64,000 nt of DNA from Mobula hypostoma (lineage: Eukaryota): the NCBI RefSeq assembly GCF_963921235.1, contig NC_086108.1, positions 54,314,001-54,378,000 on the forward strand. Reading direction: 5' to 3'. Numbering within the stretch: position 1 is the stretch's first letter; every line of letters begins with the position of its first letter. The notes beneath the pieces were generated by a model. The model saw nothing but the letters and a program-made list of their open reading frames with translations, did no database searches and had not been told where the DNA came from. Both the position numbers and the translations under genes were made by a program. Below are positions 50,560 to 63,135 of this stretch, piece after piece.

Positions 50560-52155
50560 AAACAACACACGAGGAATTCTGCAGATGCTGGAAATTCAAG
50601 CAACACACATCAAAGTTGCTGGTGAACGCAGCAGGCCAGGCAGCATCTCTAGGAACAGATACAGTCGACGTATCAGGCCGAGACCCTTCATCAGGACTAA
50701 CTGAAAGAAGAGCTAGTAAGAGATTTGAGAGGGGGAGATCCAAAATGATAGGAGAAGACAGGAGGGGGAGGGATGGAGCCAAGAGCTGGACAGGTGATTG
50801 GCAAAAGGGATATGAGAGGATCACGGGACAGGAGGCCCAGGGAGAAGGAAAAGGGGGAAGGGGAACCCATAGGATGGGCAAGGGGTATAGTCAGAGGGAC
50901 AGAGGGAGAAAAAGGAGAGAGAGAAAGAATGTGTGTATATAAATAAATAATGGATGGGGTACCGGGGGGTGGGGCATTAGCAGAAGTTAGAGAAGTCAAT
51001 GTTCATGCCATCAGGTTGGAGGCTACCCAGACGGAATATAAGGTGTTGTTTCTCCAAGCTGAGTGTGGCTTCATTTTTACAGTAGGGGAGGCCATGTATA
51101 GACATATCAGAATGGGAATGGGATGTGGAATTAAAATGGGTGGCCACTGGGAGATACTGCTTTCTCTGGCAGACAGAGTGTAGGTGTTCAGCAAAACGAT
51201 CTCCCAGTCTGCGTCGGGTCTCGCCAATATATAGAAGGCCACATCGGGAGCACTGGACGCAGTACATCACCCCAGCCGACTCACAGGTGAAGTGTTGCCT
51301 CACCTGAAAGGACTGTCTGGGGCCCTGAATGGTGGTAAGGGAGGAAGTGTAAGGGCATGTGTAGCACTTGTTCCGCTTACTAGGATAAGTGCCAGGAGGG
51401 AGATCAGTGGGGAGGGATGGCGGGGGGGGGGTGAATGGACAAGGGAATCGCGTAGGGAGTGACCCCTGCGGAAAACGGAGGGGGGGGAGGGAAAGATGTG
51501 CTTCCTGGTGGGATCCCGTTGGAGGTGGCGGAAGTTATGGAGAATAATATGTTGGACCCGGAGGCTGGTGGGGTGGTAGATGAGGACCAGGGGAACGCTA
51601 TTCCTAGTGGGGTGACGGGAGGATGGAGTGAGAGCAGATGTGTGTGAAATGGGCGAGATGCATTTCAGAGCAGAGTTGATAGTGGAGGAAGGGAAGCCCC
51701 TTTCTTTAAAAAAGGAGGACATCTCCCTCGTCTTGGAATGAAAAGCCTCATCCTGAGAGCAGATGCGGCGGAGACGGAGGAATTGTGAGAAGGGGACGGC
51801 ATTTTTGCAAGAGACAAGGTGAGAAGAGGAATAGTCCAGATAGCTGTGAGAGTCAGTAGGCTTATAGTAGACATCAGTAGATAAGCTGTCTCCAGAGATA
51901 GAGACAGAAAGATCTAGAAAGGGGAGGGAGGTGTCGGAAATGGACCAGGTAAACTTGAGGGCAGGGTGAAAGTTGGAGGCAAAGTTAATGAAGTCAACGA
52001 GCTCAGCATGTGTGCAGGAAGCAGCGCCAATGCAGTTGTCGATGTAGCGAAGGAAAAGTGGGGGACAGATACCAGAATAGGTTTGGAATGACTGTACCTC
52101 TTCCTAGAGATGCTGCCTGGCCTGCTGTGTTCACCAGCAACTTTGATGTATGTTG
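50560..52155 (-). mobile_element. Penelope-like element: RT C-terminus, GIY-YIG endonuclease and tail, with a short inverted arm (52090-52155)
   Basis: ORFs give RQHFTCESAGVMYCVQCSRCGLLYIGETRRRLGDRFAEH (GIY-YIG) and FFKERGFPSS. Hammerhead at 50662-50699 with GAAA changed to GATA. Possible 8-bp TSD CATCAGCA (50552-50559 and 52156-52163). Confidence 0.9.
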
Positions 52156-53849
52156 CATCAGCATCAAACCCCTTTCCTAACCATCCACAAATTTCAGACA
52201 CTGATGCTGTCTCCAACCTGCAGTCCTTGGCCTTGGGCGCTCAGACTAGCAGAAAATTGGGTCTCCAGCCTTCAGTCCATGGCCCAGACTTGCAGACATC
52301 AGACTTACGACCTCCAGATATGCTGACAGAAGCTTCAACCTTCAGGCTTTGATCTCAAAATTTGCTGACGTTGGCCTCCAGTATCAACCCCAAGATTTGC
52401 TGATCACAAGACTTTGGATTTCTAGTCTTGCACAGACCTCTGACTCCAGGACTTGCTGACCTGGGCATCATCCTCGGGGCCTCCCAACTACAGTCCTTGA
52501 CCATAGGGATCGCTGGTCTTCATCCTCAGCGCCTGCTGCCTGACCCCTGGAGATTGTTTATCTTCAACCTCTGACGTGGACTCCTACTACCATTTACTGC
52601 CCCTAATCTCTAACACCCCCTCATCCCTGTCCCTAAATCCTAATTTGACCCCCTAACACCCCACAATGTCCTGAAAATGTACCAGGTAGGTTAATTGATC
52701 ATTGTAAATTGTCTCATAATTAGGTTGAGTTCAATCAGGATTGATGGGAGTTGCTGGGCAGTGCTGTTCAAAGGGCTGGAAGGGCCTTTTCCATGATATA
52801 TATTTTAAAATGAATATCCCTATGAATTTTTAAAAAACAAGCACGTCTAAGCCATAACCTCAATGGACCTTGCACCTTGACATTATCTTGACCAGACATT
52901 TTTATTATTGTATACGAATTTGTTCTCTTTACGATGAAGTAAAAGTGGTTCAGCTTAAACATTGCATGTTCATATATAAAAAGTACTGGGCAATGAAATC
53001 TGTGTGCACGTCTTTAGTCCTGAGTTCAGCTATTGTCTGGGCTCTGGACTAGATAGAAATTAAAAAGGTTACACATTTTGGTGTTTGTAAAAGTTAAAAG
53101 AAAAGTTGTATACTATATGCAACTCCCTCCCCCCACCCCCACCTCCTCCACATCATTGTGTAGTTATTTAAAACACTTAAAATATTCAACTTCGGGTATT
53201 ACCTTTTCCTCCAATAGCTGATTTGCTCTCATTTTAAGCAGCTCCCTATACTTCCACCAGATTGAACTGATGCAGCTTCAACAGTAGAATTCCCAATTTA
53301 AGAGTATGGAAGTCTGGCAGAATTCAATAGAAACTGCAGAAATCTTGGAGCCATTGTTTTGATTGAAAAACTGCAATGAAGCCTCTACTTTAGAATGGGT
53401 CAGTTTTCCAATGAAGGTCTTTATAGATGAGTTGCCCTTATAATTTGAGGGAGTCCTGAGGAACAATGGATATCTACAGAACTCTGGTGCTTTGAGTTTT
53501 GAAATATAGTTTGACCCTTGATAAGGTGATGTGATTTCAGACTACTTCAATGAGTCTTGATATGTCCATTTCATTGGAGGTTATTATATAATGATTAGAA
53601 ATGGAAACAATTTGTTTGCTCTTCACCTTTAAACACTCTTTCCTCCTTTAATCTTTCTCCACAGCTGACACCATCATTGGTCATAACAGTGATCAAAGGT
53701 CAAAGCTGATAGTTTATTGTTACGTATGATTCATTTGCTGGAGTATCTTTATCTGATATTCTGATTTTCCATGGAAAAACTAGTGTGGCTATCACTATTG
53801 ACGCATATTTTTGCCTGAATTTGAGATTGAGCTCTTGTTTCTCTTTAAG

Positions 53850-53996
53850 TCTCCAGTGACTGGCCAGAAACGTGCATCTACCTACCTCCTACCTTCCCCA
53901 GAAGTGAGCCCTGATGGCAGCTACGTTGGCCAACACTCGCAAGGCCTGGGTGGTCATTATGCTGATTCCTATTACAAGAAAAAGAGAATATTTTGA
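53850..53996 (+). CDS. RAVER2: RAVER terminal coding exon: [48 protein letters not shown]
   Basis: cttgtttctctttaAG acceptor. Hallmark RAVER C-terminus (GQHSQG...Y..KKKR, basic NLS-like end). TGA at 53994-53996. Confidence 0.95.
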   Translation, partial: SPVTGQKRASTYLLPSPEVSPDGSYVGQHSQGLGGHYADSYYKKKRIF

Positions 53997-55255
53997 TATG
54001 CAATTACTTAGCTGTTCTTTCTTTTACTTAATACTGGGACATTGTTTGAAATGTGCAACTGTCCAATGTCGGTTCATTTTTGTTTAGAAAAAATAGATTT
54101 TAAATTAAGTTTTAATGAAAGTTCTTTAAATTTTATTTGTTGAAATTGAATTTTTAAAAAAACAAACTTTTGACCTCCTCTGCACTGCACTCCTGAAGCA
54201 GGTTGAGAGATTAGCATGCATTTACGTTCACGCTTGATGCAAGCTGTTCAGGCATAATTGTTTGAATCTAGCTGTACAATCTGGTTTCAAATTCAAAGAT
54301 TTTGCAGAGTCGAACCAACTTTAGCATATTTAATTGAATTTGGAGCAGTTCATAGTAATATTTGAATGTTTCACTGTATGATGGTGTTTGGGGGAGGGAA
54401 ATGGACTATGAAAAGATAAATGTAAATTCCTTTCCCACTTCAATTTACTTTACCCCTCTAATCATTTCACATCATGTACACTTTTATTTAGTTATTGAAA
54501 TACACTATTTTAAAATATAATTAGGTCACAAATTTATATCATACATTTAAAATGTACATGGAAATAAGTTTTAACCATGAATGACCCACTTGCTCTCTGA
54601 CTGCACGGACTTGTTTATTTGATATAGTTTTGTCTTTAGATTTACACTGTGCAGTACACACTGTCTCACACCAATCAAAGCAAAAATGTTCATTTTTGTG
54701 TAAGATTTTAATACTTATGCATTTTCAGCAATATTTTTTTATTCCCTCATTCCCTCAATGAGATGGTTTTTTTTTCCTGTTGCTTTGAATGTTTCTCCTG
54801 GATCCATGTTTTCTTGATGGGATAATTATTTTGAGAATTTTCAATTTATTAGTGTGTTGCATACTGGTTAGTGGAATGGAATTGTTTGGGGACTATGTTT
54901 GGGTTTGCAGTGTTTGCCTAGGAAAAATATGGGAGTAATTTCACTGCAGTTGAACCTTAAACATCTTTTGCCTGTTTTTGAAGAGCAAAGCAAAGTAAAA
55001 ATCTTGATTTCCCACCCCCCCCCCATTTTTCTTTGTCCTCTTTTGTTTTATTAGGTGAATTTAAGATTTAAAAAAGCATTCTTCTCAGCTGTCCCAAGGC
55101 ATTATCTTAATATTGTGAAACTGTAATATTGTTTGTATTACCTGAAACCATCATGATCTAGCTCAGTTTTTACCAAAAGGGCATCTGGGGGAAAACCTGA
55201 AGTGACTATGTCAAATACAACTTGTTCTGGAAATAAAATTGTCTGTTTAATACAG
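53997..55255 (+). other. Probable 3' UTR of the RAVER gene
   Basis: Repeat-free, U-rich stretch ending shortly after AATAAA. Confidence 0.6.
55232..55237 (+). promoter_or_regulatory. Polyadenylation signal AATAAA
   Basis: Followed about 30 nt later by a T/GT-rich element (TTTTTGTTTTGCTC..TGTTGTGT). Confidence 0.6.
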
Positions 55256-55850
55256 GTCAGAATGCCTTTTTGTTTTGCTCACTGCTGTTGTGTCAGAATA
55301 GATAGGTGGGAGAGTTGGAAAATTCAAGTATGCCGATTAATTTATTAATGAGTTTCGTGGATGAAGTCCTGATATCAAATGATCCCAGGAGGCATTCCCT
55401 TTACAAATATTAAGCTGTGTAAGGGTGGAATGAGATAAGGAAAGTTTTGGAGCAAATAGCAGTGGGTTCAATATTTACTTATTCTATAAGTTGTCTACAG
55501 ATGTACAAAATAATAATGGCCACTTAAGTTGATCTGAATAATAATGTAGATAAATTAGTGGTTTCTGTATGACATTATTTTGTGATAATGCTTTAACACT
55601 TAAGCTATTCAGTGAAGCTAGAATAACACTTGACCCGCATAAGGGCATTGGTGAAGGACACCCTGGAGAAAACTGATTTACTCTATTTTATGAGTCAACT
55701 TGGATTATATGGAATCAACTTTGACTCTAGTTAATAATTTAATTCAAGAATTGTTTAAAACCTTTGCACATGTGCAGTGCTTGATTCAGTGCGGATGGTT
55801 GTTCCTCTGTTTTTAAACCATTTGAAATTTAATGATTGGCTACTAATATA

Positions 55851-56447
55851 CGAGGGGTGATTGATAAGTTCATGGCCTAAGGTAGAAGAAGTCAATTTTA
55901 GAAAACCTAACACATTTATTTTTCAACAGTCCCCTCCTACATTTACACACCTAGTCCAGCGGTCGTGGAGCATACGGATCATGGACCTCCAGAAAGTGTC
56001 CACAGCATGGGTGATTTATAAGTTCGTGGCCAAAGGTAGAAGGAGATGAGTTATACAGCTCTTGTTACATGCAAATGCAGTTCAATTCTTTGAGTGATTA
56101 TGCAGAAAGTTTGAAGTTAGTAACTCATCTCCTTCTATCTTAGGCCATGAACTTATCAATCACCCCAGTTGAGTTATTAACTTCAAACTTTCTGCATAAT
56201 CACTCAAAGAGTTGAACTGCATGTGCATGTAACGAGAGCTGTATAACTCATCTCCTACCTTAGGCCAGAAACTTATCAAACACCCCCCTGCTGTGGACAC
56301 TTTCTGGAGGTCCAAGATCCGTATGCTCCACAACCACTGGACTAAGTGTGTAAGTGTAGGAGGGGACTTTGTTGAAAAATAAATGTGCTAGATTTTCTAA
56401 AATTGACTCCTTCTACCTTAGGCCACAAACTTATCAATCATCCCTCG
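55851..56447. mobile_element. Mariner-like foldback MITE
   Basis: TA|CGAGGGGTGATTGATAAGTT ... AACTTATCAATCATCCCTCG|TA. Almost entirely self-complementary. Confidence 0.85.
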
Positions 56448-58439
56448 TAGATCTTGAATATGGTGACTTTATTTGTAATACTCTAAGCTGGAAGCAGGAA
56501 ACTGACAATCCATGCTATGTTTGTTGATACTGATGTGGTTACCCTTGATGAAGGTGATTGTGCAGAAGCAGCTATTTGGAACAGAAAGTGCAGTGTCAAC
56601 AAGGTTAACAAGGTGTAAGTGATGCAGCAGTGCTCTAAAGGAAGGAAGGAGATTCAGATAACAAGTTCAACCTGCCCATTATCCACCCTTTTTGGAGTTG
56701 AATTTAACTATCAGAAGTTCTTAGTCATGATTGAAGCAGAAGTTAATGTTATCTAGTTCTGTCTTGTGTTTTGGAGTCCTACAAGTCCATCCTGCAATCC
56801 TCTTCATTCAATGGTGAATATATCATCCACAAATTAATCAAATAGGCAATGATAATCCAGAAGTGATAGCTTCTGAAGTAATCCAGAAGGTTACTCTGTA
56901 CCATCTAAATAATTTACAATCTATTTGCTGTTTAAATACCTTTATAATGGTCAAGTTCAAAAGAACGGAATTGTCCAAGTGCAATGGCTTTTCTCCTTTA
57001 AAACTCCCCCACACAAGCCTCTTGTCATTGTTGGATATGACAGACGACCAGCTATAATTGTGAGAATAATCAGTGTCATAAAATGTAAATCTTTTGAAGA
57101 AATCTCTATTTATCTTGCAGATGGTAAATAATGTGCCATTCGGGTTGATACTTGCCATATGGTATTTGATATTTTGATATTTACCATATGGTATGTTGTA
57201 AATTACTCTCTAATTTGTCCATATCTCCATATATGCAAATAAATAGCTTGTACCATTACACCTTCTGATACTGGATTTCTGTTCAACTACCAAATTAATA
57301 CTCGTGTAGGTTTCTAAATGTTTTCAGTCTAATTTTTCCAGTTGTAAGTTGGCTTTGTGCAGCTTTCCCAGGCCTTAGCACCAAAAGAAATGGCTATAAA
57401 TGGGAAGGATAAGAAATGTTCCAATTAGCTTCTCTTTTTTTTTGCTTTCTCCTGAAAGCCACTTGCCATCTCTTAGTTGTTGATTATAAGCTGGTCTTGG
57501 AGGCAATGACTAATTTTCAGGACATCAGTACAGGCAACCCATCAAAATCAAGCAGGCAGAGAGAGAGGATACAAGTGCAGATGCAATTGAAAAGTAGTGG
57601 ATTTTGCTGATGGAAAATTAAATCGCAAGATGGAAGGTATTATAAGGAGGATTTGTCAGGGTGGGTGCATCAGAAGAAAAGAATGTAGGAATGGAGGAAT
57701 TTGGTGAAACACTGACATTGGAAAATTGGTTGCTGGGACTGATATTGAAATACAGATAAAAATGAAGTTTTTAGATTTATCAAAGTCTACGTTTACCTGA
57801 AGGATGAGCTTAAAGATCAGATTTTGGATACAATGAATTGTGATGGAAGGCTCATGTTATATGTCAAGCTTGGAGGGCTAAGACGAGAACCTAAGAAATA
57901 AGAGTAAGAATTGCCAGTGTCCTGTGTGCCAGCTCGGCCATTCATTAACTTTATGGCTGATGTTCTACCATGGTGCCATTTTCTTCAATGTTACTTTGCT
58001 ATTGGTATAAGATGAACTGAATGTACAAAGTACATTTATTATCAAAGTATGTATGCAGTATACAACTCTGAAATTTGCCTTCCTCAAAGTCAGTAACAAA
58101 ACAAAGAAGAACCATGGAACCAACTCATCCAAAGAAAAAACATCAAACATGAAACCCCCTTCCCCCACATAAAGGTAACAGAGAAAAAGAGTGAAAATAC
58201 AGAATGAAAAAGGAAAACAAAATCAAAAGGCATATTTCAGTACAGTTTAGGCTCTTCTAGGGTCTTGGAAGGATGGAGGCAAGTGATGATGTAGACATGG
58301 ATGTATCTAGACTTGACGGTATGATGTCAGGCATAGTGCGCAAATGTTAGAATGCCATTGTATTAACGGTTGTATTTATGGGAACCAGCAGAAGGCTTTG
58401 ATTTTGTCAGGTCAAGTTGGTGGAAATTCAGGTGCATTT

Positions 58440-60670
58440 ACAACCTAAGCATATAGAACCAATACACAGAATCACCTAAACAATAACATGATAAAGTCAG
58501 ATGTCCCAATATTACAGTGGAATAAAGGGAGTTACAGAGACATGTGAAAGCAGTTGGCCAGAATTGATTAGAAAAGAACACTGGCAGGAATGATGGCAGA
58601 GCAGCAATGGCTGGAATTTCTGGAAGCAATCCGGAAGGCACGGGATATATACATCCCAAATAGGAAGGAGATTTCTAACGGCAAGATGACACAACAGTGG
58701 TTAACAGAATTCAAAGCCACCCAAAATGCCAAAGAGGGAGCATGTAACAGAGCAAAAAATAGTGGGAAGTTAGAGGACTGGGAAGTTTTTAAAAACCAAC
58801 AGAAGACAACTTTTAAAAAAAAATCATTAAGAAGTTAAAGATAGAATACAAAAGTAAGCAAGCCAGTAATATTAAAGAGGATACCAAAAGTTTCTTCAGA
58901 TACATAAAGTGTAAGAGGTGAGAGTGGATATTGGACTGCTGGAAAATGATGCTGTGGAGGTAGTAATGGGGCACAAGGAAATGGTGGATGAACTGAATGA
59001 GTAGTTCACATCACTTCACTATGGATGAGGACAGCAGTATAGTGGAAGTTCCAGGTGTCAGGGGTCATGAAGTATGTGAAGTTACTGTTACTAGAGAGAA
59101 AGTTCTTGGGAAACTAAATGGTCTGAAGATAGGTTGCCTGGACCAGATGGTGTACACCCCAGGATTCTGAAGGAGGTGGCTGAAGAGATTGTGGAGGCAT
59201 TAGTGTTAATTTTTCCAGAGTCATTAGATTCGGGAATGGTTCTGGAAGACTGGAAAATTGCAAATATCACTCCACTCTTCAAGAAGGGAAAGAGACAGAA
59301 GAAAGGAAAGTATAGACCAGTTAATCTGACCTCAGTGGTTGGGAAGATGTTGGAGTCAGTTATTAAGGATGAGGTCTCGGGATACTTGGAGACACATGAT
59401 AAACAAGGCTGTAGTCAGCATGGATTCCTCAAGGGAAAATCTTGCCTGACAAATCTGTTGGAATTCTTTGAAGAAATAACAAGCGCGATAAATAAAGGAG
59501 AGTCGGTTGATGTTGCGTACTTCGATTTTCAGAAGGTCTTTGACAAGATGCCACACATGAGGCTGCTTAACAAGCAACAAGCCCATGGTATTACAGAAAG
59601 ATTCTAGCATGGATAAAGCAGTGGCTGATTGCCAGGAAGCAAAGAGTGGGAATAAAGGGAGCCTCTTCTGGTTGGCTGCCAGTCACTAGTAGTGTTCTAC
59701 AGGGCACAGGGTTCTGTGTTGGGAGTGATTTTTTTTTATGTTATGTGTCAATGATTTGGATGATGGAATTGATGACTTTGTTGCAAAGTTTGCAGACAAT
59801 ATGAGGACAGTTGGAGGAGCAGGTTGCTTTGAGGAAGTAGAGAAGCTCCCGAAGGACTTGGATTAGGAGAATGGGCAAAGAAGTGGTAGATGGAATAGTG
59901 TTGGGAAGTGTCTGGTCAGGCACTTTGGTGGAATAAATGAATGGGTTGACTATTTTCTAAATGGAGAGAAAATACAAAAAAATCTGAGGCACAAAGAGAC
60001 TTGGGAGTCCTTGTGCAGGATACTCTAAAGGTTAATTTGCAGGTTGAGTCTGTGGTGAGGAAGGCAAATGCAATGTTAGCATTCATTTTAAGAGGACTAA
60101 AATATAAAAGCAATGTTGTAATGTTGAGACTTTATAAAACACTGGTTAGGCCTCTCATGGCGTATTGTGTGCAGTTTTTGGCCCCTTAGAAAGGACGTGC
60201 TGAGACTGGAGAGGATTCAAAGGAGGTTCACAAAAGTGATTCCAGGATTGAATGGCTTGTCATATGAAGTGTGTTTAATAGCTCTGGGTCTTGTATTCAC
60301 TAGAATTCAGAAGAATGAGGGGTGACCTATCAAATGGTGAAAGTCCTTAATAGAGTGGATGTGGAGAGGATGTTTCCTATGATGGAACATAGCCTCAGAA
60401 TAGAACGGCGCCTTTTTAGAACGAAGAGGAGGAGAAATTTCTTTAGGCAGAGAGTGGTGAATCTGTGCAATTCTTTACCATAGGCAGCTGTGGAGGCCAA
60501 GCCTTTATGTATATTTAAGGCAGAAGTTGATAGATTTTTGATTGGTCAGTGCATGAAGCGATATGGGGAGAAGGCAGTAGGATGGGGCTGTGAGGAAAAT
60601 TGGATCAACCATGACGAAATGGCGGAGCAGTCTTGATGGGCCAAATAGCTTATATCCTACAGTCTTATGT
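58440..60670 (+). mobile_element. CR1 LINE, 5'-truncated and decayed
   Basis: ORF 59134..59607 reads PGPDGVHPRILKE...DWKIANITPLFKKG...YRPVNLTS...QHGF..GKSCLTNL...DFQKVFDK. Confidence 0.9.
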
Positions 60671-61819
60671 GTTATGATAAGGATGTTTATGTTAACCTTC
60701 ACAAATCTTTACAATATTTGGGCCAGACTGCTTGTTAGGATTACCGTATCCAATTCTGCTTGGTTGGAGATAGTAAAATATCACAAAAATCATAACCTTA
60801 TAATCTACAGATGGTGTTAGCATTTTGAATCGTGTATTATGCAGATGAATCTTGAAATTAATATCACTGAGAGATCATCTTAGAGGTATTGCAAGCTAGG
60901 CAAATCAAGGCATTTATTTTAATTTTCATCTTGGTAATCTTCTGGGAGGGGCAAAAAAGACTATTAAAGCTGCTTCTCTTTAATAATCTTTTAGCTGAGG
61001 CAACTAAAATTTTACTAAGACTGAATATTAATTCTTTGTTGCTTAAAGTGCAGGAAATAGTGCAGACCTTTACATTAATGTTGCATTAGGACTTTGAAGA
61101 CTTCAGTTATTATAAATGAATGAAAGAGTGGAATGAAAAAGGTAATAAAGTCATAATATAAACCTTGCTAGTGCATTAACAGAGAAAAGTGGATATTGTC
61201 AGCATGTATTTGTAAATTTTTCATGTCAAAACGATGTATGGATGAGGATTGAAAGATTGGCAAAGCTAAGTTAGGTACAGGTGTTTTAAGAAATTAATAT
61301 GACTTGCCTCCTACAAGCCTTTACTAGTATATCACCCATGACTTCCTAAAAGCAGAAACAAACTACTGAATGATTGTAAATGGACTAGACCTCTAGAGAA
61401 GTAATCAGTTAAAGCCCTGACTGCTGATTTTACAGTGGGGAGACATTTAATTACAACAGCTGAATGTGTTTGAACCTACCATTATTTGGTGTCCTCATAG
61501 GACACCCTTTGAAGAGGTTCTCCTCTGTTTTGAATTTTACTTGGCTTCCTTGATGCCACAACTATTGAAATGCTGTCTTGATATCCATGTTTCTCTTCAG
61601 GGCCTGGAATTTGGCTGATGTCCATTTTAAGGCTAGGGATGCCAACTCTGGATATATTCTGAGATTTTTCATCACAGAACTTAATGGCATTAGGTTGACT
61701 GGCTTGTATTGTGTTCCTCGTCGGCCCAACATTTTGAATGTGTCTTTAGTGCAAATTGAGTATAAACTGCAATCTCCAATTTAAGCTTATGCAAAATGTT
61801 CAGTTTTAGTGAATTCCAT

Positions 61820-63135
61820 GTTTGGGAAGATGTTAGTCAATTGCCAAGGATGAGGTGATGGAGTACTTGGTGACACAAGACAAGATAGTACACAGTCAGC
61901 ATGGTTTCCTACAGGGAAAATCCCCCCGATGAACCTGTGGGAATTCTTTGAGGAGATTACAAGTAGGATGGATATAGGGGATGCAGCGGATGTTGTGGAC
62001 TTTCAGAAGGCCTTTGACAAGGTGCCGCACATGAGGCTGCTTATCAAGTAAAGAGCCCATGGTATTACAGGAAAGTTGCCAACATGGTTAGAGCATTGGT
62101 TGTTTGGTCGGAGACAGTGAGTGGGAATAAAAGGATCCTTTCCTGGTTGGCTACCAGTGACTAGTGGTGTTTGGTGTTGGGACTACTTTTTATGCTAAGT
62201 TTGCAGATGATCTGAAGATTGGTAGAGGGACGGGTAGTGTTGAGGAAACAGGTAGGATGCAGAAGGACTTAGACAGATTAAGAGAATGGGCAAGAAAGTG
62301 GCAAATGAAATACGATGTTGAAAAATGCATGGTCATGCACTTTGGTAAGAGAAAAAAATGTGCAGACTATTTTCTAACTGGGGAGAAAATCCAAAAATCT
62401 GAGATGCAAAGGTACTTGGAAGACCTTGAACAGAGCACCCGGAAGGTGAATTTGCAGGTCGAGTTGGTGGTGAGGAAGGTAAATGCTATGTTAACATTCA
62501 TTTCAAGAGGTCTAGAATACAAGAGCAAGGATATGATGCTGAGGCTTTATAAGGCACTGGTGAGGCCTCACCTTGAGTATTGTGAACAGTTTTGGACCCC
62601 TCATCTTAGAAAAGATGTGCTGGCATTGGAGAGGGTCCAGAAGAGGTTCACAAGGATGATTTCAAGAATGAAAGGGTTATCATACAAGGAATGTTTGATG
62701 GCTCTGGGTCTGTACTCGCTGGAACTCAGAAGGATGAGGAGGAATCTCATTGAAACTTTTTGAATGTTGAAAGGCATAGACAGAGTAGATATGGGAGAGG
62801 ATGTTTCCCATGGTGGGAGAGACTTGGACAAGAAGGCACAGCCTCAGAATAGAGGGGAACCCTTTCAAAACAGAGATGCAGAGAAATTTCTTTAGCCAAA
62901 GGGTGGTGAATTTGTGGAATTTGTTGCCACATGCAGCTGTGGAAACCAGGTTGTTGGGTGTATTTAAGGCAGAGATTGATAGGTTCTTGATTGGACGTGG
63001 CATCAAAGGTTACGGGGAGAAGGCCGGGAACTGGGGTTGAGGAAGAGAAAAAAAGAATCAGCCACAATTGAATGGCAGAGCAGACTTGATGGACCAGATG
63101 GTCTAATTCTGCTCCTATGTCTTATAGTCTTATGA
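61820..63135 (+). mobile_element. CR1 LINE 3' portion
   Basis: ORF 62164..62763 reads KFADDLKIG...LVRPHLEYCEQFW. Tail ...TCTTATAGTCTTATG. Confidence 0.9.

Noticed and set aside
53811..53849. 5' extension of the terminal-exon ORF
   Set aside because: It is the intronic polypyrimidine tract upstream of the AG at 53848-53849.
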